Assembly: GCA_025450615.1 (NCBI GenBank)
Contig: JANWHC010000028.1
Span: 1 to 38,291 of the forward strand
Origin: Minisyncoccota bacterium
Lineage (GTDB): Bacteria; Patescibacteriota; Minisyncoccia; Phycocordibacterales; DATDWN01
Reading direction: 5' to 3'
DNA: 38,291 nucleotides
Shown here in pieces: positions 7,741 to 16,120 of the stretch. Positions within the stretch are counted from its first letter, which is position 1; every line of letters starts with the position of its first letter. The notes under the pieces were generated by a model. The model worked only from the letters and a program-made list of their open reading frames with translations. It had not been told where the DNA came from and did not search any database. The position numbers and the translations under genes were made by a program.

Positions 7741-8499
7741 ATGGAAAAAAGAAGCGATTTACACCTAATAAACAAAGAAATTGGAGAAACTCCGAATGAG
7801 GCTATTTTGCGTTTAAAGGAAGGCAATCCTGAATACAAAAATGTGACCATGACATATGCTGGTAGACTTGATCCTATGGCAGAGGGCTTGCTTTTGATTT
7901 TGTCTGGCGAAAATTTAAAAGTAAAAGAAAAATTTCTACATTTACCAAAGACTTACGAGTTTGAAGTTTTGTGGGGATTTGAAACTGATACACTGGATCT
8001 TTTAGGAAAAGTTTTAAAGACAGAAAATATTTCTATTTCAGAAAAGGAAATGAAAGGGGCAATAAATGATTCTCTTGGAAAGTTTATTCAGACTTATCCA
8101 GCCTATTCTTCAAAGCCAGTTTCAGGAAAAGCACTTTTCCGTTGGGCTAGAGAGGGAAGACTTGATCAAATTGAAATACCGACTCATGAAGTTGAAATTT
8201 TTGATATCGAATTTGTTGAAAGACGAATTGTAGGAAAAGATGAGCTTTTGAAGACTATTTTAAAGAAAATAAGTCTTGTTTCAGGAGATTTTAGACAAGA
8301 TGAGATTAAAGAGAAATGGAAAGATGTTTTCAGTAACACAGAAAGCTCGGATTTTACAATAGATAAAATCAAGGTTTCTGTTTCAAGTGGTTTCTACGTC
8401 AGGCAGTTTGTTTCAGATTTGGCCCACAAGCTAAAAATTTCTGGAGTAACTTTTTCTATAAATAGAATAAAAGTTGGGGATTACACTTTGCAAAATTAA
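7741..8499 (+). CDS. truB: tRNA pseudouridine(55) synthase (short form)
   Basis: Catalytic-Asp motif YAGRLDPMAEGLLLIL, and YSSKPVSGKALFRWAREG typical of the TruB family. Confidence 0.85.
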   Translation: MEKRSDLHLINKEIGETPNEAILRLKEGNPEYKNVTMTYAGRLDPMAEGLLLILSGENLKVKEKFLHLPKTYEFEVLWGFETDTLDLLGKVLKTENISISEKEMKGAINDSLGKFIQTYPAYSSKPVSGKALFRWAREGRLDQIEIPTHEVEIFDIEFVERRIVGKDELLKTILKKISLVSGDFRQDEIKEKWKDVFSNTESSDFTIDKIKVSVSSGFYVRQFVSDLAHKLKISGVTFSINRIKVGDYTLQN

Positions 8500-8573
8500 A
8501 TATTTTGTGGTTTTATTAAATATGGAATTGGAGCGTATTTCAATACGAGCAATATGTGAAAAGGAGAGTGCCG

Positions 8574-8858
8574 ATGTTGAGCTCACTTACATCTGCTGAG
8601 CAGGAGGCCATCGAGAATCTGTCTCGAGTTGTCAAAAGTGGCGCTGTGCACTTTGGCGGGAAGAGCAACTTGGCTTCCAGAGCCGGAGTTAGCAAGGAAG
8701 TCGTTCGTGGCATCATCGAACGCAGGGCCAAGGAACTTCGTCGTGAAGAACTCGAGTGCGTGATCGCAGCAATGGAGAAACCTCTGGCTCACGCACTTTT
8801 GGAGAAGTTGTTCGAGTATGTCCGAGTTCTCCATCCCAACGAAGGAGCTTCAAACTAG
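8574..8858 (+). CDS. Small (94 aa) XRE-like helix-turn-helix protein, GC-rich orphan cassette 1
   Basis: AAGGAG (8561-8566) lies 7 nt before ATG 8574; the track's GTG at 8556 is less likely. The segment GGKSNLASRAGVSKEVVRGIIERRAKELRREELECVIAAM fits the Cro/C1 HTH pattern (LA..aGVS...v..IE.g......e.l..i..a). A candidate promoter is TTGGAG (8528-8533)-16-CAATAT (8550-8555). Hand-counted G+C is 50-58% against about 33% in truB. Confidence 0.45.
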   Translation: MLSSLTSAEQEAIENLSRVVKSGAVHFGGKSNLASRAGVSKEVVRGIIERRAKELRREELECVIAAMEKPLAHALLEKLFEYVRVLHPNEGASN

Positions 8859-8865
8859 TTTTTTC

Positions 8866-8919
8866 GAAGACTCTCGATTTTGGCTTAAACCCCAGCCAAC
8901 GTCGAGAGTCTTCTTCGTT
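8866..8919 (+). terminator. Long hairpin after HTH cassette 1 (terminator-like, weak U tract)
   Basis: Perfect 12-bp stem GAAGACTCTCGA (8866-8877) / TCGAGAGTCTTC (8902-8913) with an inner stem TTGGCT/AGCCAA, followed by TTCGTT. Confidence 0.5.
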
Positions 8920-8920
8920 A

Positions 8921-8949
8921 TTGCAAAATTTATAGGTTTTTGCTTAAAT
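8921..8949 (+). promoter_or_regulatory. Candidate sigma70-type promoter of HTH cassette 2
   Basis: TTGCAA (8921-8926) - 17 nt - TTAAAT (8944-8949). Confidence 0.45.
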
Positions 8950-8979
8950 TAAAAATGGAGTAATAAACCTAGGAGGGTT

Positions 8980-9312
8980 ATGCTACAAGAACGGGTAGTA
9001 TCCGACAGGTTCGGTTTTCTGCTTTCGACGGTAATGGAGAAAAGTGAACTTCAAGATCTTCACATCTCATATCGCTCGAAGCTTCCTGTTCAATTCGTGA
9101 GTGATGTGAAAGCGGGTAAAGTTGATCTGGATGACCGATCAGAAGAGGTAAGAAAGCTTCTGCACGTCCTTCAGCATCAATTCAGGTGTCTTTCCAGATG
9201 CCAGAAGGCCAAGGCTTTCAGACTTCTCCGAAGAGCTCGAAGGCTGAAACAGGGAGTCAAAGTTCCACCGTACAACAACCGGAACCGGGTCTGTCGAGGC
9301 AAGCGGCGCTAA
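8980..9312 (+). CDS. Small (110 aa) protein with a possible degenerate HTH and a very basic Arg/Lys-rich C-terminal tail, GC-rich orphan cassette 2
   Basis: AGGAGGG (8971-8977) lies just before ATG 8980. The segment LPVQFVSDVKAGKVDLDDRSEEVRKLLHVL resembles the recognition-helix region of cassettes 1 and 3. The tail is RLLRRARRLKQGVKVPPYNNRNRVCRGKRR. Confidence 0.4.
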   Translation: MLQERVVSDRFGFLLSTVMEKSELQDLHISYRSKLPVQFVSDVKAGKVDLDDRSEEVRKLLHVLQHQFRCLSRCQKAKAFRLLRRARRLKQGVKVPPYNNRNRVCRGKRR

Positions 9313-9327
9313 AACACGCCACAAGTC

Positions 9328-9376
9328 AAAAGATTCTGATCGCAACAGCTGACGCTACGCGATCAGAATCTTTTTT
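9328..9376 (+). terminator. Rho-independent terminator of HTH cassette 2
   Basis: Perfect 16-bp stem AAAAGATTCTGATCGC (9328-9343) / GCGATCAGAATCTTTT (9359-9374) that runs into a T tract. Confidence 0.75.
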
Positions 9377-9388
9377 GATAAAAAATTA

Positions 9389-9417
9389 TTTACAAATTTT
9401 TAAATAGATGATTATAT
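9389..9417 (+). promoter_or_regulatory. Candidate sigma70-type promoter of HTH cassette 3
   Basis: TTTACA (9389-9394) - 17 nt - TTATAT (9412-9417). Confidence 0.45.
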
Positions 9418-9457
9418 TAAATAAGGAAAGTTTTTTTGTACATTTTTTGAGGTGATG

Positions 9458-9742
9458 ATGATAAGTTCAACTGAAGCCTTCAACAGGATCAGAGACAAAG
9501 TAATTCGTTATGGTCCAAAAGTTGGGACCGATGTTGAACTTGCTGAGCGATCTCAGGTAAGTTTAGCGTCTCTAGCTTTTCTACAGACTGGTGTTGGTGT
9601 GAAGCCCACCAAGGATGAAGTAAAAAGAGTCATGGACGTTCTCAACTTGAATGGTCAAGCCACAAAGCGCTATATCGATATTCTTCTCATGATTGCTTAT
9701 TCAAGTGAGGAGACTACCGTACCATCTTCGGTTGAGGACTAA
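9458..9742 (+). CDS. Small (94 aa) XRE-like helix-turn-helix protein, GC-rich orphan cassette 3
   Basis: GAGGTGA (9449-9455) precedes in-frame ATGs at 9455 and 9458; the track starts at GTG 9452. The segment GTDVELAERSQVSLASLAFLQTGVGVKPTKDEVKRVMDVL aligns position by position with the HTH segment of cassette 1. Confidence 0.45.
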   Translation: MISSTEAFNRIRDKVIRYGPKVGTDVELAERSQVSLASLAFLQTGVGVKPTKDEVKRVMDVLNLNGQATKRYIDILLMIAYSSEETTVPSSVED

Positions 9743-9745
9743 CAA

Positions 9746-9776
9746 AAAGGCCATGGGTTTACCCAAGGCCTTTCGT
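9746..9776. terminator. Bidirectional hairpin terminator between cassette 3 (+) and typA (-)
   Basis: AAAAGGCCATGGGT tt ACCCAAGGCCTTT (one mismatch), with A/T runs on both sides. Confidence 0.6.
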
Positions 9777-9800
9777 CGTTTGACTACATTTACTAAAAAA

Positions 9801-11579
9801 TTATTTTTTCAAAACTTTCTTTCGTAGGCGGACAGACTTTGGAGTAATTTCAATATATTCGTCGTGAGACATAATTTCCATTGCTTTTTCGATATCTAGT
9901 TTTACAGTCGCAGCCAAGTAAACTTTGTCGTCAGAACCACTCGCTCGCATGTTTGTAAGTTGTTTTCCTTTTGTTGGGTTTACGTGTAAGTCCTCGCCTT
10001 TAGAAGTATTTCCAATAACCATTCCTTCGTAAACTTCAACTCCAGGGTCTATGTAAAGAGTTCCTCGCTGTTGTAAGTTATCGAGTGCAAAAGCTAGAGC
10101 TTTTCCTTTTTCCATAGAAACCATTGAGCCGTAAGTTGTTCTTTTTATTTCACCAACATAATCTCGGAATTCAATAAATCTTGAAGAAAGAATTCCATTT
10201 CCTTTTGTATCAATAACGAATTGTCCACGGTAACCAAGTAGTCCTCGAGTTGGGATTTCAAAAGTTAATCTTTGTGTGCCGTGACCTTGTTTTACATGTG
10301 TCAAAAGTCCACGTCGCTCTGTAAGACGTGCGATTATAGCACTAGCTAACTCATCGGAAACATCCACCGTAACTTCTTCAAAAGGTTCTGTTTTTACTCC
10401 ATTTACTTCTTTAATAATAACTTGCGGTTGGGATACCTGAAGCTCATAACCTTCTCGTCTCATGTTTTCACAAAGTATTGCGATGTGAAGTTCTCCACGT
10501 CCGTACACAGTAAAGTATTCGTTGTTATTCCAATCTATTTTTAATCCAACGTTTATCTCAAGTTCTTTTTCAAGCCTTTCTCTTATCTGTCGTCCTGTTA
10601 CGAACTTTCCTTCTCGTCCAGCGAAAGGTGAGTCGTTTACGAAAAAGTTTAGTGAGATTGTCGGCTCGTCAATGTTGATACTTGGTAGTGTTTCTGCGTT
10701 TTCATCTTTACAAATAGTGTCCCCGATATAAACAGTTGGAAGTCCAGCGATCATCACGATGTCACCAGCTGAAGCTTCAGGAGTTTCTACTCGCTTCACT
10801 CCTTCAAAAGAGAAAAGCTTTGTTAATTTTCCAGAAACAACTTTTCCATCATGACTTTTTACAAAAACTGTGTCACCAACAGTGATCTTTCCCTCGTAAA
10901 CCCTACAAACAGCAAGTCGTCCCAAAAAGTTATCATAGGCCAAGTTGAAAGACTGAAGTCTTGCGGGCGCAGTTTTGTCTCCTGTTGCAGGCGGGACTTC
11001 CTCCAAAATAGTTTCTAAAAGAGGAGTCAAGTCTGTACTTTCATCAGTCAATTTTTTCTTCGCAACACCTTGTCGGCCTATAGCATAAACTGTTGTAAAG
11101 TCTAATTGTTCGTCATTTGCTCCAAGTTCTAGGAAAAGTTCTAAAACAAGTTCGTGCACTTCGTCAGGCCGTGCTGCTGGTTTGTCGATTTTATTTATGA
11201 TCACGATAGGCTTAAGTCCCAATTCAAGTGATTTTTTTAAAACGAAACGAGTTTGAGGCATCGGTCCCTCTTGGGCATCCACGAGTAAAAGCACTGTATC
11301 GATAGATCGCAAAACTCGCTCAACTTCAGAACCGAAGTCAGAGTGGCCAGGTGTATCCACAATATTGATTTTTGTCACTTCGCGTCCAGATTCTTTCGAA
11401 GGGTAGTAAACAGAAGTATTTTTCGCGTAAATAGTAATACCACGTTCTAGCTCTAGAGCGTTTGAGTCCATACTTACTCCTTCCTCGGTCACCATCCCAG
11501 TCTGCTTCATTAGAGCGTCAGTTAAGGTGGTTTTACCGTGGTCCACGTGGGCTATGATTGCTATATTACGTATCTGCAT
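9801..11579 (-). CDS. typA: Translational GTPase TypA/BipA
   Basis: G1 [10 protein letters not shown]3 DTPGH and G4 NKID, with EF-G-like domains. The length (592 aa) and C-terminal domain are typical of BipA. Confidence 0.95.
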   Translation of the reverse strand: MQIRNIAIIAHVDHGKTTLTDALMKQTGMVTEEGVSMDSNALELERGITIYAKNTSVYYPSKESGREVTKINIVDTPGHSDFGSEVERVLRSIDTVLLLVDAQEGPMPQTRFVLKKSLELGLKPIVIINKIDKPAARPDEVHELVLELFLELGANDEQLDFTTVYAIGRQGVAKKKLTDESTDLTPLLETILEEVPPATGDKTAPARLQSFNLAYDNFLGRLAVCRVYEGKITVGDTVFVKSHDGKVVSGKLTKLFSFEGVKRVETPEASAGDIVMIAGLPTVYIGDTICKDENAETLPSINIDEPTISLNFFVNDSPFAGREGKFVTGRQIRERLEKELEINVGLKIDWNNNEYFTVYGRGELHIAILCENMRREGYELQVSQPQVIIKEVNGVKTEPFEEVTVDVSDELASAIIARLTERRGLLTHVKQGHGTQRLTFEIPTRGLLGYRGQFVIDTKGNGILSSRFIEFRDYVGEIKRTTYGSMVSMEKGKALAFALDNLQQRGTLYIDPGVEVYEGMVIGNTSKGEDLHVNPTKGKQLTNMRASGSDDKVYLAATVKLDIEKAMEIMSHDEYIEITPKSVRLRKKVLKK

Positions 11580-11593
11580 AGGATTGATTTGAA

Positions 11594-11616
11594 AACCGGC
11601 TGAACGCCGGTTATTA
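11594..11616 (-). promoter_or_regulatory. 5'-UTR stem-loop immediately upstream of the typA start
   Basis: On the minus strand, AACCGGC gttca GCCGGTT followed by TTC, ending 14 nt before the ATG. A candidate promoter TTGACC-18-TTTAAT just upstream would place the hairpin at the 5' end of the transcript. Confidence 0.35.
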
Positions 11617-11657
11617 GCCCTAATTAAAGCATAAAATGGCTATTTCGGTCAACTTTC

Positions 11658-12299
11658 TTGCTAAAAGGCCCTAAACCTGAGATTATGATAATTATGTTCA
11701 TTTCTCCAGAATCGGCTCTAACAATTCTCGAGCACTATAAGTATTTGATCATTTTCCCTTTTACGATAATCGAAGGTCCTATCATTATTATCATCTCTGG
11801 TTTTCTAGTTTATTTAGGTTTTCTTAATTCTATTTCAGCATATATTATCTTGTCCTTAGCTGACATTATAGGTGACTGTTTGTATTACACGATTGGTAGA
11901 TACTGGAGAGAGTGGAGATGGATAAAAAAATATATGAGTTATGTAGGTTACAATGAAAACAGTGAAGCTTTCCTAGAGTCTCATTTCCGTCGACATAAAG
12001 GCAAAACCTTTCTTTTGGCCAAAATATCTCATGGTATTGGTGGAGCAATCCAAATAACCGCTGGTATCGCTAAAGTAAATTTTTGGCAGTTTCTTTTCTA
12101 TAGTGTTGTCGGAACTCTCCCTAAGACTCTTGTTTTAATGCTCATTGGTTTCTATCTTGGAAACTCTTACATAAAAATAGATGGCTTATTTAACTATATT
12201 GCACTCATAACTATAAGCATTTCTATACTTATAGTATTTTTCTATATTGTTCTACAGAAGCGACTAAAGAAATTCTTCACTACACCGGATTCAGAATAG
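11658..12299 (+). CDS. DedA/VTT-domain family membrane protein
   Basis: Multi-pass membrane protein with the DedA-like core (FPFTIIEGPIIIIISGFLV, GRYWREW, FLLAKISHGIG). The real start is probably the ATG at 11685 (MIIMFISPES...). Confidence 0.75.
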   Translation: MLKGPKPEIMIIMFISPESALTILEHYKYLIIFPFTIIEGPIIIIISGFLVYLGFLNSISAYIILSLADIIGDCLYYTIGRYWREWRWIKKYMSYVGYNENSEAFLESHFRRHKGKTFLLAKISHGIGGAIQITAGIAKVNFWQFLFYSVVGTLPKTLVLMLIGFYLGNSYIKIDGLFNYIALITISISILIVFFYIVLQKRLKKFFTTPDSE

Positions 12300-12334
12300 A
12301 TAGAAATAGTTTTATTTGGTAAAATATAATAAGT

Positions 12335-12583
12335 ATGGAAATACCAACTCTTGTCTTACCAACTCTTCCTCACATCAAACTTTCGCTTTTTATAAATGTG
12401 CCAGTTTTGATTGCGATTCTTGTTTTGTTTGCATGTTTTTACACTGTAGTGACTTCAGTTATTGTCTACCACTGGCATGCCTATGGTATGAAAAGTCAGG
12501 GGATTATTGTGGCAGAGTCACTTTACTTTTTTGTGACTTCCGTGTTGTTTGTCTGTGCTGGAGTATCGCTATTTTATTTCTAA
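12335..12583 (+). CDS. Small two-helix membrane protein, unknown function
   Basis: Two clear hydrophobic helices (VLIAILVLFACFYTVVTSVIVY and SLYFFVTSVLFVCAGVSLFYF). I prefer it to the overlapping Cys-rich 124-aa frame. Confidence 0.4.
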   Translation: MEIPTLVLPTLPHIKLSLFINVPVLIAILVLFACFYTVVTSVIVYHWHAYGMKSQGIIVAESLYFFVTSVLFVCAGVSLFYF

Positions 12584-12596
12584 AATTATTATATAT

Positions 12597-13148
12597 ATGG
12601 CAAAATACGAAGCACTACATTTGGATCCGGGTGAAAACGTTATTTTTGAAGTTAGGAAACACTGGATTATTTTTCTTGAGCACACTATAGCTCTTTCTTT
12701 AGCGGCATTTATACCGTTTGTAGTTTTCGCCCTTTTGGAAATTTTTGTTCCAACCTTAATAAACGTAAATCTTCCAGGCAACGAGTATGCATTATTTGTT
12801 TTTTTCTATTGCATTTGGCTACTTATTCTCTGGATATCATTTTTTGTAAATTGGACCAAGTATTATTTGGATGTATGGTATGTGACTGAAAAGCGTATCA
12901 TAGCCATAGATCAAAAAAGGATTTTCAGCCGTGAAGTTTCAAATGTTCGTTTTGATAAGGTTCAGGACGTAACAGTTACGGTGAAAGGCTTTATTGCTAC
13001 ATTTTTGGATTTTGGAAATATTGAAGTTCAAACAGCTAGTGAAGATAATAGAGATTTCAAAATGACAGTGGTGCGACACCCACAAGAAGTTAGACGAATA
13101 ATCTTTAACCAACAGAATAAAAATAGTGACACAAGACCTGGTGTATAG
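12597..13148 (+). CDS. Membrane protein with a bacterial PH (bPH_2, YdbS/YdbT-like) domain
   Basis: ATG at 12597 (MAKYEALHLDPGENVIFEVRKHW). Two TM helices are followed by YVTEKRIIAIDQKRIFSREVSNVRFDKVQDVTVTVKGFIATFLDFGNIEVQTAS, the typical bPH_2 pattern. Confidence 0.65.
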   Translation: MAKYEALHLDPGENVIFEVRKHWIIFLEHTIALSLAAFIPFVVFALLEIFVPTLINVNLPGNEYALFVFFYCIWLLILWISFFVNWTKYYLDVWYVTEKRIIAIDQKRIFSREVSNVRFDKVQDVTVTVKGFIATFLDFGNIEVQTASEDNRDFKMTVVRHPQEVRRIIFNQQNKNSDTRPGV

Positions 13149-13171
13149 CCAAAAGTAATACACAGGGTATA

Positions 13172-13201
13172 TTGAGGATGCTTCATGAAAACCTGTATAA
13201 T
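13172..13201 (+). promoter_or_regulatory. Candidate extended -10 promoter for the DUF378 gene
   Basis: TTGAGG (13172-13177) - 18 nt - tgTATAAT (TATAAT at 13196-13201). Confidence 0.5.
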
Positions 13202-13238
13202 TGTTAGGAAGTCGTTTATTTAATAAATTAATAAAAAT

Positions 13239-13457
13239 ATGAAGGCATTACATAAGATCGCATTTATTCTTCTTGTTATTGGTGGACTAGAGTGGGGACT
13301 ACATGCGTTTGGATATGATCCAATAGATATGTTGGGATCACAAATCGCAATGATTGTTTATGTGCTAGTTGGTCTTTCTGCGATTTTGGAAGGCGTTACC
13401 CATAAGAGTAATTGTGCACATTGTGCAAAACCGGGGATGAGTGGACAGCAAATGTAG
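13239..13457 (+). CDS. DUF378-family small membrane protein
   Basis: IGGLEWGLHAFGYDPIDML....IVYVLVGLSAI matches the DUF378 pattern (IGGLNWGL...). It has an extra C-terminal CAHCAKPG tail. Confidence 0.6.
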   Translation: MKALHKIAFILLVIGGLEWGLHAFGYDPIDMLGSQIAMIVYVLVGLSAILEGVTHKSNCAHCAKPGMSGQQM

Positions 13458-13475
13458 TACGTGCAATAATTATAA

Positions 13476-13507
13476 ATGTAAAACCTCTCGCAAGAGAGGT
13501 TTTACAT
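13476..13507. terminator. Bidirectional terminator between convergent genes
   Basis: Perfect palindrome ATGTAAAACCTCTC gcaa GAGAGGTTTTACAT. Confidence 0.7.
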
Positions 13508-13519
13508 TTGTGGGAATTT

Positions 13520-13846
13520 TTATAAGAAAGCTTTATTTAGATCAATTTTATCGTGGTGCTCTGTATAAATAACTTTTCCTTTAAAAATAGTTATTACTTG
13601 GGGTGACTCATGATTTATATGAAACCAGTCTGCAATCTTTTCGGATAAAACTGGTTCAGTTTGTACTGTGACTCGATAAATTAGATAATCTTTTTTGTTG
13701 TCAACAAAATTTTCAAAATGTTTTGAAAGCCTTTCGCTTGTTCCGCAATCGTTAGAGTATTTAAATATTACTACAGGCCGAACAGTCGATGATTCTAGTA
13801 TCTCTGATAAGTGTGAAGTGAACTTAAATACACTCATAAAGATCAT
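13520..13846 (-). CDS. ytxJ: YtxJ-like monothiol thioredoxin-fold protein (DUF2847)
   Basis: VVIFKYSNDCGTS (CxxS monothiol site) and HINHESPQVITIFKGKVIYTEHH match the YtxJ family signature (HESPQ). Confidence 0.7.
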   Translation of the reverse strand: MIFMSVFKFTSHLSEILESSTVRPVVIFKYSNDCGTSERLSKHFENFVDNKKDYLIYRVTVQTEPVLSEKIADWFHINHESPQVITIFKGKVIYTEHHDKIDLNKAFL

Positions 13847-13885
13847 TATATAACAAAACAGTCCCTCGATAGGAACTGTTTTGGT

Positions 13886-14236
13886 TTAGTATGAGTAAGA
13901 TCGGAAGAGGGAAGAAAGGTTTTTCTTAAAAGCTTTCTTTTCGTCTATATGTTCGTGAACAATAAGTTTTTCTCTCTTAGGCATTTCTGGAGTCATCATG
14001 GCTAATACTTCTGCCTCCTTTCGGATAACAGTTTCTCTTATCTCTCTTAATTCTCTCTCGATTTTTCTTTTTCTAATTGGTGAAATTTGCTCATCTAAAA
14101 TAACATCCACATTTATGTGAGTTTCTTCGTGTATCGCTACACCATTCGGAGAATTTTCGACTATATTAGATAGTTTAATAATCTGGTCGATGTGACTCTG
14201 AACCTGTTCAACTGTATGAAAACGCTTATTTGTCAT
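13886..14236 (-). CDS. Hypothetical charged/coiled protein (116 aa)
   Basis: A clean ORF with a Lys/Glu/Arg-rich helical segment (RKRKIERELREIRETVIRKEAEVL). I recognise no motif. Confidence 0.45.
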   Translation of the reverse strand: MTNKRFHTVEQVQSHIDQIIKLSNIVENSPNGVAIHEETHINVDVILDEQISPIRKRKIERELREIRETVIRKEAEVLAMMTPEMPKREKLIVHEHIDEKKAFKKNLSSLFRSYSY

Positions 14237-14243
14237 GGGTACT

Positions 14244-14271
14244 ATTGTACGCCAGTATATACAAATGTCAA
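14244..14271 (-). promoter_or_regulatory. Candidate promoter giving a leaderless mRNA for 13886..14236
   Basis: On the minus strand, TTGACA (14271-14266) - 16 nt - TACAAT (14249-14244), with the ATG 7 nt after the -10 box and no SD sequence. Confidence 0.45.
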
Positions 14272-14286
14272 GGTTTTCCTTGACAT
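14258..14286 (-). terminator. Hairpin after the ABC exporter gene (overlaps the -35 box of the next promoter)
   Basis: On the minus strand, ATGTCAAGG aaaa CCTTGACAT followed by TTTGT. Confidence 0.45.
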
Positions 14287-14334
14287 TTTCTAAAATACGT
14301 TGATAAATAAGGTTATTTTAAGATTTTGTGATTG

Positions 14335-16077
14335 CTATGCTCTCTCACCAATCTGTTGTCTCCACATAGCATAATAAAGACCTTTTTTCTCCAAAAGTTC
14401 ACTGTGAGAGCCTTGCTCAGAGACCTCTCCCTTCTCTAAAACATAAATTTTGTCCGCGTGCATGATTGTCGAAAGTCTATGAGCAACAAGGATAGTTATA
14501 TGTTTCTTTTCAGAGTTCAGCTCCTTAATTGTTTTAGTTATTTCTTCTTCGGTAATTGAGTCGAGGGAAGATGTAGCTTCATCAAAAACTAAAAGTTTCG
14601 GTTTTCGTAGCAAGGCTCGAGCAATGGAAAGTCTTTGTTTTTCTCCGCCAGATATTTTTATTCCTCCTTCACCAATCACAGTATCCAGTCCTTTATCAGC
14701 TCTGTTTAAAAGAGTTTGAGCTGCACTTTTGTTTAGGCTATTTAACATTTCCTCATCAGTTGCTTTAGGATTAACGAATAGCAAGTTTTCTTTTATTGTT
14801 CCAGCAAAGAGTTGAGTATCTTGGGTAACGAAACCAATTTGTTCACGTAATTCCTGAACTCTTATTTCTGATTCATCAACTTTGTTATATAGAATATTTC
14901 CTGAGGTAGGTCTATAAAGTCCAACTAAAAGTTTAATCAAACTTGTTTTTCCAGATCCGGATGGACCAACAAACGCCACAGTCTCACCTCTGTTTACTTT
15001 AAAAGAAACTTCAGACAGGGCACTATTTTTTGCTGTTCCGTAAGTGAAACCAAGATTTTGAAACTCAATTGAATCCAGATCACCGATAGTTTTTGTTTTG
15101 TCTGGTACTTTTTCAGTAGGCATCTCTAATATACCTTTCAATCTATTCATGGAACTTTCAGTTTCTCTATATGTATTTATTGTGTTACCAAGTTCTTGTA
15201 GTGAGCCAAAAATAAAGAATGAGTAAATATAGAGAGAGAAAAATTCACCAAAGCTTATAATTTTCAAGAAAATAAGAACCATCATAAAAAGCAGGATAGA
15301 TGTTCGGAGGAAGTTTATGATCGTTCCTTGTATGAAACTAACACCTCTTATATATCGCAACTTTTTCAATTCCAATGCTAAGATTTTATCTGTAGTTGCA
15401 TTTAATCTTTTTATTTCTTGATCAGAAAGCCCTAAACTTTTTACCAACTCAATATTTCGTAAAGACTCTGTTGTTGCTCCAGCTAAGGCAGAAGTTTCTT
15501 TAACTATTTGATTTTGAACATCTTTTATCTTTTTAGTAATAAGTAAGCTCATACTCCCGATTACAGGAATAGTTAAAAAATAGGCTAGAGCCACGCCCCA
15601 GTAAACTGTGAGAGCATAAATACTCACGAACAAAAAGGCGATAAGAGAAGTGAAAGTAATATTTACAGTAGAAGTTATTAACTTCTCCATATCACTTCTA
15701 GACTTTTGGAGAATATTTAAGGTTTCTCCACTTCGTTGATCCTCAAAAACACTGTAGGGAAGTGCAAGTGAGTGAGCCACGCCCTTTCCGTAAAGTTTTG
15801 CGCCAACTCTTTGGGTAATACTGTTTAAGTAGTAATCTTGGAAATTTTTGGCAACTCGAGAAATAAAAGCTGCACCGATAGATAGAAATAGTAGGAATAG
15901 TATTCCGTGTAAAAATTGAGAGAAAGTGTATTGGTCAAATTTTGTAGCATAGTCGTCAATGACATGTCTAAAAATTAAAGGGTCGATCAGGGTAAAAATC
16001 TGGTTAATCGCTGCTAGAACCAAAACCGAAAGACACAGTTTCCAATACTGTTTTAAATTTGAATATAATAATTGCAT
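14335..16077 (-). CDS. ABC exporter, fused permease and ATPase (MsbA/ABCB type)
   Basis: Six-helix N-terminal domain. Walker A GPSGSGKTS, signature ISGGEKQR, Walker B LLVFDEATSSLD and H-loop VAHRLST. Confidence 0.9.
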   Translation of the reverse strand: MQLLYSNLKQYWKLCLSVLVLAAINQIFTLIDPLIFRHVIDDYATKFDQYTFSQFLHGILFLLFLSIGAAFISRVAKNFQDYYLNSITQRVGAKLYGKGVAHSLALPYSVFEDQRSGETLNILQKSRSDMEKLITSTVNITFTSLIAFLFVSIYALTVYWGVALAYFLTIPVIGSMSLLITKKIKDVQNQIVKETSALAGATTESLRNIELVKSLGLSDQEIKRLNATTDKILALELKKLRYIRGVSFIQGTIINFLRTSILLFMMVLIFLKIISFGEFFSLYIYSFFIFGSLQELGNTINTYRETESSMNRLKGILEMPTEKVPDKTKTIGDLDSIEFQNLGFTYGTAKNSALSEVSFKVNRGETVAFVGPSGSGKTSLIKLLVGLYRPTSGNILYNKVDESEIRVQELREQIGFVTQDTQLFAGTIKENLLFVNPKATDEEMLNSLNKSAAQTLLNRADKGLDTVIGEGGIKISGGEKQRLSIARALLRKPKLLVFDEATSSLDSITEEEITKTIKELNSEKKHITILVAHRLSTIMHADKIYVLEKGEVSEQGSHSELLEKKGLYYAMWRQQIGERA

Positions 16078-16120
16078 AAGAAACTAGTATACCAAGTAAC
16101 ACTACTATATAACAATACTG

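Noticed and set aside
8866-9776. Reading the hairpins after the three small ORFs as integron attC sites, with the ORFs as gene cassettes.
   Set aside because: I saw no GTTRRRY/RYYYAAC core sites flanking the stems. Each ORF has its own promoter-like boxes, whereas integron cassettes are normally promoterless. Two of the stems run into T tracts like ordinary terminators, and no intI gene is in the window.
12316-12690. A 124-aa Cys-rich ORF.
   Set aside because: It overlaps two better-supported frames, the two-helix membrane protein (12335..12583) and the bPH_2 protein (from 12597). Its translation has no membrane or domain logic.
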